A stretch of 64,000 nucleotides of DNA from Rebecca billardiae RCC1528 (lineage: Eukaryota > Protista > Haptophyta). Shown here piece after piece: positions 1 through 10,622 of this stretch. Position 1 is the stretch's first letter, and each line of letters starts with the position of its first letter. Position numbers and translations under genes: made by a program. The notes beneath the pieces were generated by a model. That model saw nothing but the letters and a program-made list of their open reading frames with translations. It did no database searches and was not told where the DNA came from. Where the stretch lies: NCBI GenBank assembly GCA_965240325.2, contig OZ251223.1, positions 744,001-808,000 on the forward strand. The letters are read 5' to 3'.

Positions 1-1002
1 GGGCGGCTTCTGGGGCCTATCCCCGGCATCTTTCGGCACATCCGCCGGCCGGCCGCTGCACCGCGCGCATCGGCTCGGACGCCGAGCAAGCCTGCACAGG
101 CAAAGCCGAATGTTGACCTCCGGGCCCTCGCGCGGGTTCTCGGCTTCGAGCCATGCGTGTGGATCGTCTGGATGGGGAACGCCATGTCTGGCGAGCGTCT
201 CCGCGCCATGCAAGCCCTGAACCGCTCGATCGGCGTGCCCGTACGGCTGGTGACTGAGGCAAACGTGCAGTCGTACGTCAAGCCGGGCCACGCGCTGCAC
301 GCGGGCTTCGAGTACCTGTCCGCGATCCACCGCTCCGACTACCTCGCCGCGTACCTGTCGCACCACTACGGCGGCGGCTACCATGACGTCAAGCGACCTC
401 ACGGCTCGTGGGCGCCCCACTTTGAGCGCTTTGCCAACGATCCCGGGCTCTGGCTGTACGGCCCGCGCGAGCAGCGCGCTGGCGCCATCGCGTGCAAGGA
501 GGTTGCGGCCTGGGCGGACGCCGAGTGCGTGCGGATACGCGCGGCGCGCGGGGAGACGCGCACGTCGTTCCGCTCCGTGCGCGCCGAGCCGCGCGGCTCG
601 CACATCAACGGCACCGTCGACCGTGTCGACAAGATCATGGGCGCCTGCTGTGAGCGCGTACGCAACGCGTACGCTCGGCTCGTGACCGTGCAGGCATTCA
701 TCGCACGCCCGCGCACGGCACTCACCGCCGACTGGCTGCGGCTGAACCACGAGCGGCTGGACTACCGCCTGGACGAGCTGCGCGCGCACACAGCGCGCTT
801 CCCGCGCTGCTGCCACAAGCACGAGGACGCGTACCCGATCGGCTGGAACGACCTGAAGGGCGGCGCGCTCCATCCACTCATGCTCAAGTACGCAGAGCAC
901 GTGGGCACGGGCATGCCGCGGCACGCACACGCGAGCTACCGCGATCCCGCGTCGGAGGACAGGCCGTACGATGCGCGGCGAGCAGGGCCCGCGATGCGAT
1001 AG
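1..1002 (+). CDS. Glycosyltransferase, capsular polysaccharide synthesis/GT32-like (5'-truncated by window edge)
   Basis: Frame 1 is open from base 1 to the stop at 1002. Motifs WIVWMG and LHAGFEYLSAIHRSDYLAAYLSHHYGGGYHDVK match the SD..R...L..YGG.YxD signature of DxD-type sugar transferases. No intron seen. Confidence 0.65.
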   Translation, partial: GRLLGPIPGIFRHIRRPAAAPRASARTPSKPAQAKPNVDLRALARVLGFEPCVWIVWMGNAMSGERLRAMQALNRSIGVPVRLVTEANVQSYVKPGHALHAGFEYLSAIHRSDYLAAYLSHHYGGGYHDVKRPHGSWAPHFERFANDPGLWLYGPREQRAGAIACKEVAAWADAECVRIRAARGETRTSFRSVRAEPRGSHINGTVDRVDKIMGACCERVRNAYARLVTVQAFIARPRTALTADWLRLNHERLDYRLDELRAHTARFPRCCHKHEDAYPIGWNDLKGGALHPLMLKYAEHVGTGMPRHAHASYRDPASEDRPYDARRAGPAMR

Positions 1003-1670
1003 CACGGGGCTACACGACGTGCAGCACGTACTATGACACTACGGCCGATCGAGACGAAGCGAGTACCGTCGGTGCGCTTGGTCCGCGGTCGCGCTCGCCG
1101 CTCGGCGCTGGATCGGCCGTCGTCCCGGTGCGGGCCGCTGAAAGTTTCCTGAATATAATCACAGTCGTATCCTTGATAATCGGCGGTTGACCATGAATAC
1201 CGTCCGGCGGGGCCGCACTGCTGATCGCCTGATCCGAGCCTACTGCTGCCGCTGGCTGCTAAGTCCGATGCCATATATTAGCACTCAAACCGTACGTACT
1301 CCTGTTACCAGTGTCACCCGGTCACCGGGCCTGATCAGTGATCAGTAGTGATCATCGGGCTGATGAGGCTCGGATGATTCCGCATGCGGCGTGGCGTTTA
1401 GTGCATGATGCCCTATGTGTGCCATGCGCGGTTGAGGTGGGCGAGGACGTGGGCGCAGCACCGCAGCCCGCTGCTGATACCATCTCGGCATCTCCTGGTC
1501 GCAGCACAGGTCGCGGCCACATGTCGGAAGGCCCGAAGGTTCACTCCCACCGTGAGTGAACCCCATCAAACAAAGAAACATCGTCGACAGACTTCTACGA
1601 AGGCTCCGCCAATTTGGCGGCGACATATGCCCAGGGCCTTGGCAAGGTAGCGTGCGGCACCTGCGTGCTC

Positions 1671-2142
1671 TCAGCAAGCATCCACTGTCCGCGCTCGCTT
1701 GCTCGCGGCATTTTCTGCCTCGGTCACGTTGAGCCGCTCGATGAGCGGCGTCGGCCGAGCGGTGAAGCTCACCTTGCGCCGGATGACTCCCACCACCTCA
1801 TAGTGCGTCTGGGGCTCTTCTCTCCTCTTCGAGAGCACAGCCTGCGGCTTCTTCAGCTGCATCATGGACCCTTCGAGCACCTGCTTGCCGATCTGCAGGC
1901 GCACCTTGTCCTGCACGCGACGCGAGTGCGAGCGCACGCACGGGAGCGCGCCTGAGCTGCGGCTCCGCAGCGCTGCGTGTCGCGCGCGGAGGAGCGCTTA
2001 CGTTGGGCAGAAAGGTGAGGTCTCCGAGGTCGACATTGCGCAATGTGGCGTGCTGCGTCACCAAGGACCCCTGAAGCTCGAGCAGCGTCCACTCCTCCGG
2101 CTGCGTGCTCGCGCTGCGCACGCTGATCGCCGCACCCGCCAT
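1671..2142 (-). CDS. CTF8: Chromosome transmission fidelity protein 8 (Ctf18-RFC subunit), 2 exons
   Basis: Exon 1 2142-2002 (EWTLLELQG...LGDL), GT-AG intron 2001-1911, exon 2 1910-1671 (LQIGKQVLEG..LKKP.AVL...YEVVGVIRRKVSF.ARP), matching Ctf8 family motifs. Confidence 0.85.
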
Positions 2143-2390
2143 TTCACGACGACACGCACGGCCCTCGACTTTCTCCGCTTGACTTTCTACTGCTAGTCCA
2201 ACCGTCGTCTTCGAGGCTCGAGCAACAACAACCGCCGTGCGACCGCGCCAGTTGCGTCGCGGCGCCCCCCCGCCCGGACTCTCAGTCGGAGTCGTGCTTC
2301 TCAAGTCCGGCACCGTTGACGGGCTCGGCTCGAGCGCCCAACTGCGCTGAGCGAGGAGCCGCGGGCGCGAGGACCGTTGTGTCGGGCGCC

Positions 2391-4456
2391 ATGTCGCACA
2401 TGTTGGTGCGCGGGCGGCGTGGCGCGGCGCCCAGGGCGCGGTGGCGACGCGTGATCGTGGGCTGGAGCAGTTGCGCGTGCGCGCCCAACGCCGCGCCCTG
2501 ACCCCTACGCGCCCACCACCACCGCTGCGTGCGGCGCGTCTGGCGGCGCGCGCACACCTCGAGCAGCAACCGACCATCCTGCTGCTCCGCGAGGGCACGG
2601 ACACTTCGCAGGGGAAGGCGCAGCTGGTGAGCAACATCAACGCGATCTCGGCCGTCGTCGACGTGCTGCGCACCACGCTTGGCCCGCGCGGGATGGACAA
2701 GCTCATCCACCGCGACGGGCAGGTGACGATCTCGAACGACGGCGCGACGCTCATGAAGCTGCTCAACATCGCGCACCCGGCGGCGATGACGCTCGTGGAC
2801 ATTGCGCGCTCGCAGGACGCGGAGGTTGGTGACGGCACCACCTCCGTCGTCGTGCTCGCCGGCGAGTTCCTCCGCGAGTGCAAGGGCTACGTCGAGGACG
2901 GTGTTCACCCGCAGATCATCATCAAGGCGTTCCGCCACGCGTGCCAGCTCGCGCTCGCCAAGATCGACGAGATGCAGGTGAACGTCGCGGCGGGCGGCGA
3001 CGTGCGCGAAATGCTCGAGCGTCAGGCGGCCACCTCGCTCTCCTCCAAGCTCGTCTCCGGGCACAAGGCCTTCTTCGCCAAGATGGTCGTCGACGCGGTG
3101 CTCACGCTCGACGAGGCGACGCTGCCGATGCACATGATCGGCATCAAGAAGGTGCAGGGCGGCGGGCTGGAGGACTCGATCCTCGTGCACGGCGTGGCGT
3201 TCAAGAAGACCTTCTCGTACGCCGGCTTCGAGCAGCAGCCCAAGAAGTTCACCGACTGCAAGATCATGCTCCTCAACGTCGAGCTCGAGCTCAAGGCGGA
3301 GAAGGAGAACGCCGAGATCCGCATCTCCAAGCCGTCGGTGCGCGCCCGCCGCCCCGAGCGCGCGCGCGAGCGGCGCGGGGCGCCCTCGACCGCCAGCCCG
3401 CGCGCTCACGCGCCACGCCCCGCCGCCGCCACCCCGGCGCGCCGCCGCAGGAGTACCAAGCGATCGTGGACGCGGAGTGGAAGATCATCTATGAGAAGCT
3501 CGACCTGATCCACGCGACAGGGGCGCAGGTCGTGCTCTCGCGCCTCCCGATCGGCGACCTCGCCACGCAGTACTTCGCCGACCGCAACATCTTCTGCGCG
3601 GGCCGCGTGCCGGAGGACGACATGAAGCGCGTCGCGGCGGCGTGCGGCGGCCAGCCGCAGTCGACGTGCAACGGGCTGAACACCGGCATCCTGGGCGAGT
3701 GCGCGCTGTTCGAGGAGAAGCAGGTGGGCGGCGAGCGGTACAACTTCTTCACGGGGTGCAAGGCCGCGCACTCCGCCACCATCATCCTGCGCGGCGGCGC
3801 CGAGCAGTTCATCGACGAGGCGGAGCGCTCGCTCGTCGACGCGATCCTCTCGACGCGCCGGCTCGTCAAGAACCCGACCATCGTCGCGGGCGGCGGCGCG
3901 ATCGAGATGGAGCTGTCGCGCTACCTGCGCGAGGAGTCGCGCGGGATCTACGGCAAGCAGCAGCTCCTCGTCGGCGCGTACGCCAAGGCGCTCGAGGTCA
4001 TCCCGCGCCAGCTCGCCGAGAACGGCGGGCTCGACGCGACCGACATCCTCAACAAGCTGCGGCAGAAGCACGCGCAGGGCGGCATGTGGTTCGGCGTCGA
4101 CGTCAACGAGGGCGGCATCTGCAACACGTACGAGTCGTACGTGTGGGAGGTGCGCGCGCGCGCGCGCGCGACACGGGAGCCGCCGCCGCGCCCGCCGCGC
4201 GACGCGCGGCCTCGCCACCCATGCTCACGCGCCTCCCTCCGCCGCGCGCGCGCGCGCGCACGCGCAGGCCACGGTGATGAAGCGCAACGCCATCGCGGCC
4301 GCGACCGAGGCGGCGTGCCTCGTGCTCTCGGTCGACGAGACGGTGCGCAACCCGCAGTCTGAGAAGCCGCAGGAGGGCTCGATGATGGGTGGGCGTGGCG
4401 TCGGCGCGCTGCGTGGCCGCGGCCGCGGTGGCGGCCGCGGCCGCGGCCGTCGCTAA
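2391..4456 (+). CDS. CCT7: T-complex protein 1 subunit eta (CCT7), 4 exons
   Basis: Exons 2391-2405, 2567-3337, 3451-4149 and 4268-4456 with GT-AG introns. Motifs [46 protein letters not shown] and [10 protein letters not shown], plus an RG-rich C-terminus. Confidence 0.96.
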
Positions 4457-6138
4457 ACGGCGGCCGGCGGCGCGCGCGCGCGTGCGGCGCGGCGCGGCGC
4501 GGCGCGTGTGCGGCCTCTTCGGCGCGGGCGTGCTGCGCGCGCGCTCTGCTCGCTCGGCATGGCCTGGCGGCAGCCATCGGTGGTGTCTCGCCAGCGCGGT
4601 CTTTCGCGCGCAGCGAAACACGCTGGAGCGGAGCGGGCTAGCCAAACGAGCCAACGCCGGGCTGGGCGACGGACGGCCCGAGTGCGGAACGCAGGCATGG
4701 TGCGTTCGGGCAGGCCGAGTGCGGAGTGCCAGCTCTGTATGTACTGCATAGTCCGTGCCTGGCCGCTCGGGCGTCGAGCAGCCTGGCCTGTGGCTGTGGC
4801 CAGCAGCCGGAAGCAAGCAGTGAAGCAGGCGCAGCCGAATCCTACGACTCTGAGTAAGGCGTCCAACCCGATTCGGTTCAGCTCACTTGCTCCCCGCGAG
4901 CCCGGAGGGCCGGAGCCGGCGGAGGCTCAGCCGCGGGCCGCGGGCCGCGCGACTGGCACTGGCAGGCACTGCCGAAATGATGAATGCTCATTGAGGCTTT
5001 ATGACACGCGTAGTGACGCAAATGTTGTACGTACTACTTATTGATATATGTAACGCGTACTCCGACAGTCGTGAGTCACAGTGACAGTCTCGTCCGCGCC
5101 GTGGGCGCCGCGTGATAACGCGCCTCCGTAGTCCGTCGGAGAGTCAGAGCATTGGGCGCCGTCGCCTACCGAATGTTGTAGCGCGTAACTAGTTGCATGT
5201 GACTTGTGGGCCCGGGGGCCCCGCGGCCGCGCCGGCCAGCTGCCGCCTGCCGGCGCCCGGCGGGCCGGGCGGCGGAGTCGCGGGGCGGTGCCGCGCGTGA
5301 TGCATATGCCCCGTGCCGTGTGCGTTACACTGTGCGCCGGCCGTGTGGCCCGGTGCCAACGTCCGAACGATATTGATATCGAAGTTTCCTCAAGTAGCTT
5401 CCGTCGAACTATCTACCGCCCTTCAAGTTCAAGGTCGACAGTACGTTTCCGCGCCGCCCCGTAATATATTTAATTATAATTAATAATTCCGCGATTTTGA
5501 CCGCCGGTCGTAACGGTTCGATGAATAATGACTGTGAGGGGCGGTTCGTCGCGGGTCGTGGGCCGACCCGGCGCCCGGCCCCGGGGCGAGTCCTGGCGGC
5601 CCTGGGCTTGGCGCCCCGGGCGGCGGGCCGCCGCCGGGCCCGAGGCGCTATCCGTTGCGCCTCGCCGAGCCCGAGAGTCCCGGCGGGCTGGGGCCAGGCG
5701 AGCCCGCCGGGGCCGTGGCCGCTGGGCCAGCACAACGTCAACTGCCCGGTCCGAGTGTCGAGTGCGGAGTGACTGTGAGTGCCGCGGTCAGACCCGAGAC
5801 CGTGTCCGTGCCGACTCATCAGACTGCCGGACTAGAGTAGCGGAGTTAAATTAGTCAGCTGACATGGTCCTAAGTCCGTTAGTAAGTTAGTAGAGTCTGC
5901 TTAGGACGACGAGAGTCGAGAGCGGGCGTCGCCGCCCGTCAGAAGGCGTAGGGCTCCGTAGTCGGCCGTAGACATAAGACTCTTATGTCACTCGGCCCGA
6001 ACGCTGAACGCTGTGACGACCGTTCGCGCGCTGACAAACATTAACAGTGAGCACTGAGCATCGAGTGAGGCTGGGCCGCACAGCTCTGACGCCGAGGCGA
6101 AGGGCCTGCGACCGCGTTGGAGGCCGGGCGCGCTGCTT

Positions 6139-7449
6139 TCACTTGCCCATCTCCTTGAGCTTCGCGTCGAGCTCCGGCACCACCTTGAAGAGGTCGTCCA
6201 CCAGGCCGTAGTCAGCCACCTGCGCTCGGAGACGGATGGGCGCACGCGCGCGGATGGGCGCTCGGAGACGGATGGGCGCACGCGCGCGGATGGGCGCACG
6301 CGGCCGCGGCGGGCGTCGGCGCCCCGGCGCTCGAGCGCGGCGCGCGCGCGCGGCGCGGCGCCCGGCGCGGCGCCGCGCACCTGGAAGATGGGCGCGTCCG
6401 GATCCGTGTTCACCGCGACGATCGTCTTCGAGTCCTTCATCCCCGCGAGGTGCTGGATCGCGCCCGAGATGCCGACAGCCACATACAGGTCGGGCGCGAC
6501 CACTTTACCCGTCTGCCCGACCTGCCAGTCGTTGGGCGCGAAGCCCGCGTCCACGGCGGCGCGCGAGGCGCCGATGGCCGCGCCGAGCCGGTCGGCGAGC
6601 GACTCGAGCAGCTTGAAGTTGTCCCCGCTCTTCAGCCCGCGCCCGCCCGAGACCACCGCCGCCGCGCTCGACAGCTCCGGCCGCTCCGACTTGGAGAGCT
6701 CCTGTCCGACAAACCACGAGCTCGGCTCGGCGGGTGCGGCGGGCGGGTCGAGGGCGGCGATGGGCGCGGCGGCGGCGGCGGCGCCGGCCTTCTCGAACGA
6801 CGTCGGCCGAATGGTGAGCACCTTGGTCACGTCGAGCGAGCGCACCGTGCTGAGCGCGTTGCCCGCGTAGATTGGCCGCTGGAACGTGTCGTCGCTCTCA
6901 ATGGCAATCACCTCCGTCACGGCGGCGACGTCGAGCAACGCGGCGACGCGCGGGATGACGCTCTTGCCCACGGAGGTGGACGGCGCCACGATGTGCTGGT
7001 ACGAGCCCGCGGCATGCGCTGCGAGCACCGCGCTCGTCAGCGTCTCCGCGACCGCGTCGGCGAGGGACGCATCCTGCATCGTCGAGACGCTCGCGACGCC
7101 CTCGACTTTGGAGGCTGCCTCGGCGGCCGCGCCGCAGTCGGCGCCCATGACGAGCACGGTCGTATCGCCACTGAGCTTCGACGACGCGGTGATGGCGCTC
7201 AGCGTCGCATCGCTCAGCGCGCCATTGGCGTGCTCGGCCACGACGAGCGTCGACAGTGCTCGCCTTGCCGACGCACGCGCGGACGCGGACCGCACCTGTG
7301 TACAGCGCGGAGGGGAGTGGGGGCGGTGCATACCGAAACGATCGGCGCGCGAACGCGCAGGGGATGGGACGCGTGCTTTCGCCCGCGTTCCGCCGCGCCC
7401 GAGCGCGGCAGGGGCCGCGCACCTCGCTGCACAGCGCGCGGACGAGCAT
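6139..7449 (-). CDS. ETFA: Electron transfer flavoprotein alpha subunit, mitochondrial, 3 exons
   Basis: Exons 7449-7423, 7295-6381 and 6219-6139. Arg/Ser/Ala-rich presequence, then [37 protein letters not shown] and APIFQ|VADYGLV. Confidence 0.96.
6222..6302. repeat. 36-bp tandem duplication inside the last ETFA intron
   Basis: gcgctcggagacggatgggcgcacgcgcgcggatgg occurs twice (6222-6257, 6258-6293) followed by a partial copy. Confidence 0.85.
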
Positions 7450-7625
7450 GGCGACCGCCGGCGGGGAGTCGTCCGTCAAAGCTGGCCCACGTCCATCCCC
7501 GCCACTACTGAGTCCGGGTCGCCCGCATCCGGACGCAGAGAACGAAAGAATCTGTCTGCGCTGGCGAGAAGCCGAGCGCTCGCCACCAGCTTGCCCAGCC
7601 GGCGCGCGCGCGCGTCCTTTTGGCG

Positions 7626-8651
7626 ATGAACGCGACAGCATGGCGATGCGTCGCGCTGGTCGTCGCGACGATCGCGACAAATAGTGGCGCGCTGGGCTCA
7701 CTCGACTCTTCGCTCGCACACAGCCGGCTGGTCACCGCGCGCTCGCTGCCTCGGCTGAGCCAGCTCCGCCGGCAGGCGCCCGTCTCGCTGCTTCGCGCGG
7801 TAGGTGGCGACGGGGCAGGCAGCGAGCAGCCGGATGCGGCGGCCGGGACCGAGCTCACCGCGATCGCGCCAACGTCTGACCAGCGCGCGCTCACGCCGCC
7901 GCCGCGCTTCTCGTGGCGCATGGTCTTCTTCTTTGCCGCCAACCCGCTCGCGCTGCTGCCGATTGCCGGTCTTGGCGCGCTGCTCAAAGTTGGCATCTTC
8001 GGCCCGGCGCTGGGGCTGACAGTGCCGGCCGTGGCCCTGGGCGCGGCGCTCGCGGTGCCGCTCCTCGTGCTCACCAACCTGCCGCTCGAGCGCATCCCCG
8101 GCCTCAGTGCGCTCGAGGAGGTGAACACTGTCAGCCAGTTCCTCACGTACTTGCTGTTTGGCGAGCAGCGGGGCGTGGGCAGCGCCGCGCGCGTGCTCGT
8201 CGCGAGCGTGATCGTGAGCGCGGCGGCGGGCATCGCGGAGGAGCTCGCGTTCAGGGGGGCGTTCCAGGGCGGCCTCGCCTCCCTCTGCGCCCTCGCCGGC
8301 GCGTCGCCCACCGTGTGCGCGGGCGTCGCGATCTCGGTCTCGTCGATTGTGTTTGGCCTGCTGCACTCGTACTCGTCCTCGCCCGCGTACGCGCTCGCGG
8401 CCGGCGTGGTGAGCGCCTACTTTGGCGCGATCTACCTGCAGACGCAGAACATCGTCGTGCCGATCGTGACGCACTTCGTCACGGACCTCTTTGCCTTCGT
8501 CTCCTCGCACATCTCCGTGGCCTATCGCAAGACCGCCGCCGAGCGCGAGGAGCTGTGGAAGTGCGAGCAGCCGATCGCCCTCTCGCTCAAGATGGTCGCC
8601 GGGTACGCGCCCGCGCGGGCCAAGGACGAGCCCGTCGGCCGCGCGCCGTGA
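7626..8651 (+). CDS. CPBP/CAAX-protease (Abi) family intramembrane metalloprotease, probably plastid-targeted
   Basis: EELAFRG, FGLLH and HFVTD motifs with several TM helices. The N-terminal hydrophobic signal is followed by an S/R-rich transit-like segment. Confidence 0.85.
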   Translation: MNATAWRCVALVVATIATNSGALGSLDSSLAHSRLVTARSLPRLSQLRRQAPVSLLRAVGGDGAGSEQPDAAAGTELTAIAPTSDQRALTPPPRFSWRMVFFFAANPLALLPIAGLGALLKVGIFGPALGLTVPAVALGAALAVPLLVLTNLPLERIPGLSALEEVNTVSQFLTYLLFGEQRGVGSAARVLVASVIVSAAAGIAEELAFRGAFQGGLASLCALAGASPTVCAGVAISVSSIVFGLLHSYSSSPAYALAAGVVSAYFGAIYLQTQNIVVPIVTHFVTDLFAFVSSHISVAYRKTAAEREELWKCEQPIALSLKMVAGYAPARAKDEPVGRAP

Positions 8652-10622
8652 GCGTGCGGCGCCGGCGCGCCACGTCACACACGTCGGGATCTGCACGACG
8701 TGATGCGCGCGAGGCACGATCACGGCTCGGGCAGCAGCTGCAGCGGCCGATCGTCATCGAGCGCCGCGCCGCACGCTATTCGGACTGCGAACACGACGTC
8801 ATCCGAGCAGACAGTCTGACAGATAAAGATTCCGACAGGCGATTCCGAAACAGACACAGTCACCGGACAATTTTATACAGAGTCCGAAGACCCCGGCGCA
8901 ACATTTTACATATGCATATATATATTAAATTTTAATAGTGCACATTGAATGATTGGCTCGATTATAACGTACTGCGATACGACAAAGTTCCGAGAGACTC
9001 ACTCTCAGCCAGCACTGCTACGGTAGGAGCCGAGCCGCCCGCCCGCCGCGGGCGCCGGGGCGGGGGGGCGGGGGGGGGGCGCCGCGCGCGGCAGGCCGCG
9101 GGCGCGGTGCGCCCGGGCGGCCGGGCGGCGCGGCATGTTAAATTGTAACCGACTAACAGTCACTAACAGTCTCAGAGACGAATATATCTTACAGAGGTGA
9201 GAGGATATGATTGATGAAGTCAGGCAGGCAGATCCAAGTGGCAAGTGTCTGAATATCAGTTTGGATGGTCAGAACTCGTCAGTAGTCAGTGGGTGAATGA
9301 CGGCGGCCCGCCCTGCGCCCGCGTACCCCGCCGCATCCGGCACCAGCCGGCAGCCCGGCATCTGCGGCCGATGCGCCGAGCTGAGGCCAGGACTAGGAGG
9401 CGGGTTCGCGTGCAGAGAGCAGCACGTTTTCAGGAGAGGTAACAACAAACTCATGCGCTTGCGCTTCTGCTGCGCGCTGGTAGATTGAGAGTCGTGTTGG
9501 GTCACGGGTTTCCTTGAGGAGCTCGCGGGCCGGCGTCAGAAAGAGAGGTCAGAAGAAGTCTGGTAGTAAGTAGTAGGTCGTCAACGTCGTCGGGCGGTGA
9601 ACTGCGCGCGAGCGGTGCGCGGGCGAGCGGTGCGGCAGCCGGGCGCGCCCGCGCGCTGCGTGCGCGGGCCGACGCCGCGCCGTCGACCGACGAGCCCGAG
9701 GCGCGCCACGTCGCGGCGTCCTCGTAGGTCAGGGTGCCGCCTCGCGCGCGGCGGCGGAGGCGGCGGCGGAGTCGAGAGGAGAGCGGGCTGAGCCGTGGCG
9801 AGCACAGCCGCTCAGAAGAGTGGCGCTCGACGAGCAGCTCGGTCGTAAAAGCGAGCAGCTCGGCGGCGCGTGGAACACGCGGGGACATGCGGGGGCACAT
9901 GCGGGCACCGGCACAGAAGGCGGCCGAAGCGCGGCGGCTTCGGCCGGACGAGTGTGCGGCAGTGTGTGCGCGGGTCGTCGCGCGTCGCAGGCAATGCGAC
10001 GTGTCGGCTGGACTGGTGGCAGGACACGTGCGGCGTGGTGGCGGGGATCACTCATGACATGGAAGGCATGGACACACCACTCATGTGTATGGAGAAGCAC
10101 TCGTGGGGACAGGGCAGGACGGCTGCGTGCGCACTGGGCGTGCGGCGTGCGGTCGCCTTGCTGCGAGAAAAAAAAGCAGCGGCGAAATAAGAAAAGCGGG
10201 GCGCCGTCGGCGGGCGGCGGTGGAACGGGTGTTGTCTGGATGGACGAACGGCTGCGAGAAGGGTTGCGTCTCGGGCCACGCCGGCGTGGCGGGCGCGAGC
10301 AGAGCGCGAGCGAGCGATGGTGCTTCGCTGCGCAGAGCATCGAGGGTTCCGGAGACAAGCGCGCAATGCGCAGCTCGTGAGAGTGTGAGGACCCGCCGGC
10401 ATCGTCGGCCGGCGGCGCGTCGTCGTGCGCCGGCGCCGCGCCCGCAGTGCGGGCAGCGTGCGCGTGCGCGCGCGCGCGGGCAGGATGCGTGTGTGTACAG
10501 ACCGCGGCTGTGGCGGCCCCGAGCGTGTGCGCTCGGAAGAAACGGCGGGTGGTTGGAGAGGCTGGCGGCTGCGGCTGCGGCTGCCCGCGCGCGCCCGGCG
10601 TGCGCGGCGCGCGCCCGCCGGC

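Noticed and set aside
9502-9900. Possible small gene or extra homeobox exon (TLTYEDAATWRASG)
   Set aside because: No recognisable domain, and the homeobox ORF already terminates at 10623; support is insufficient.
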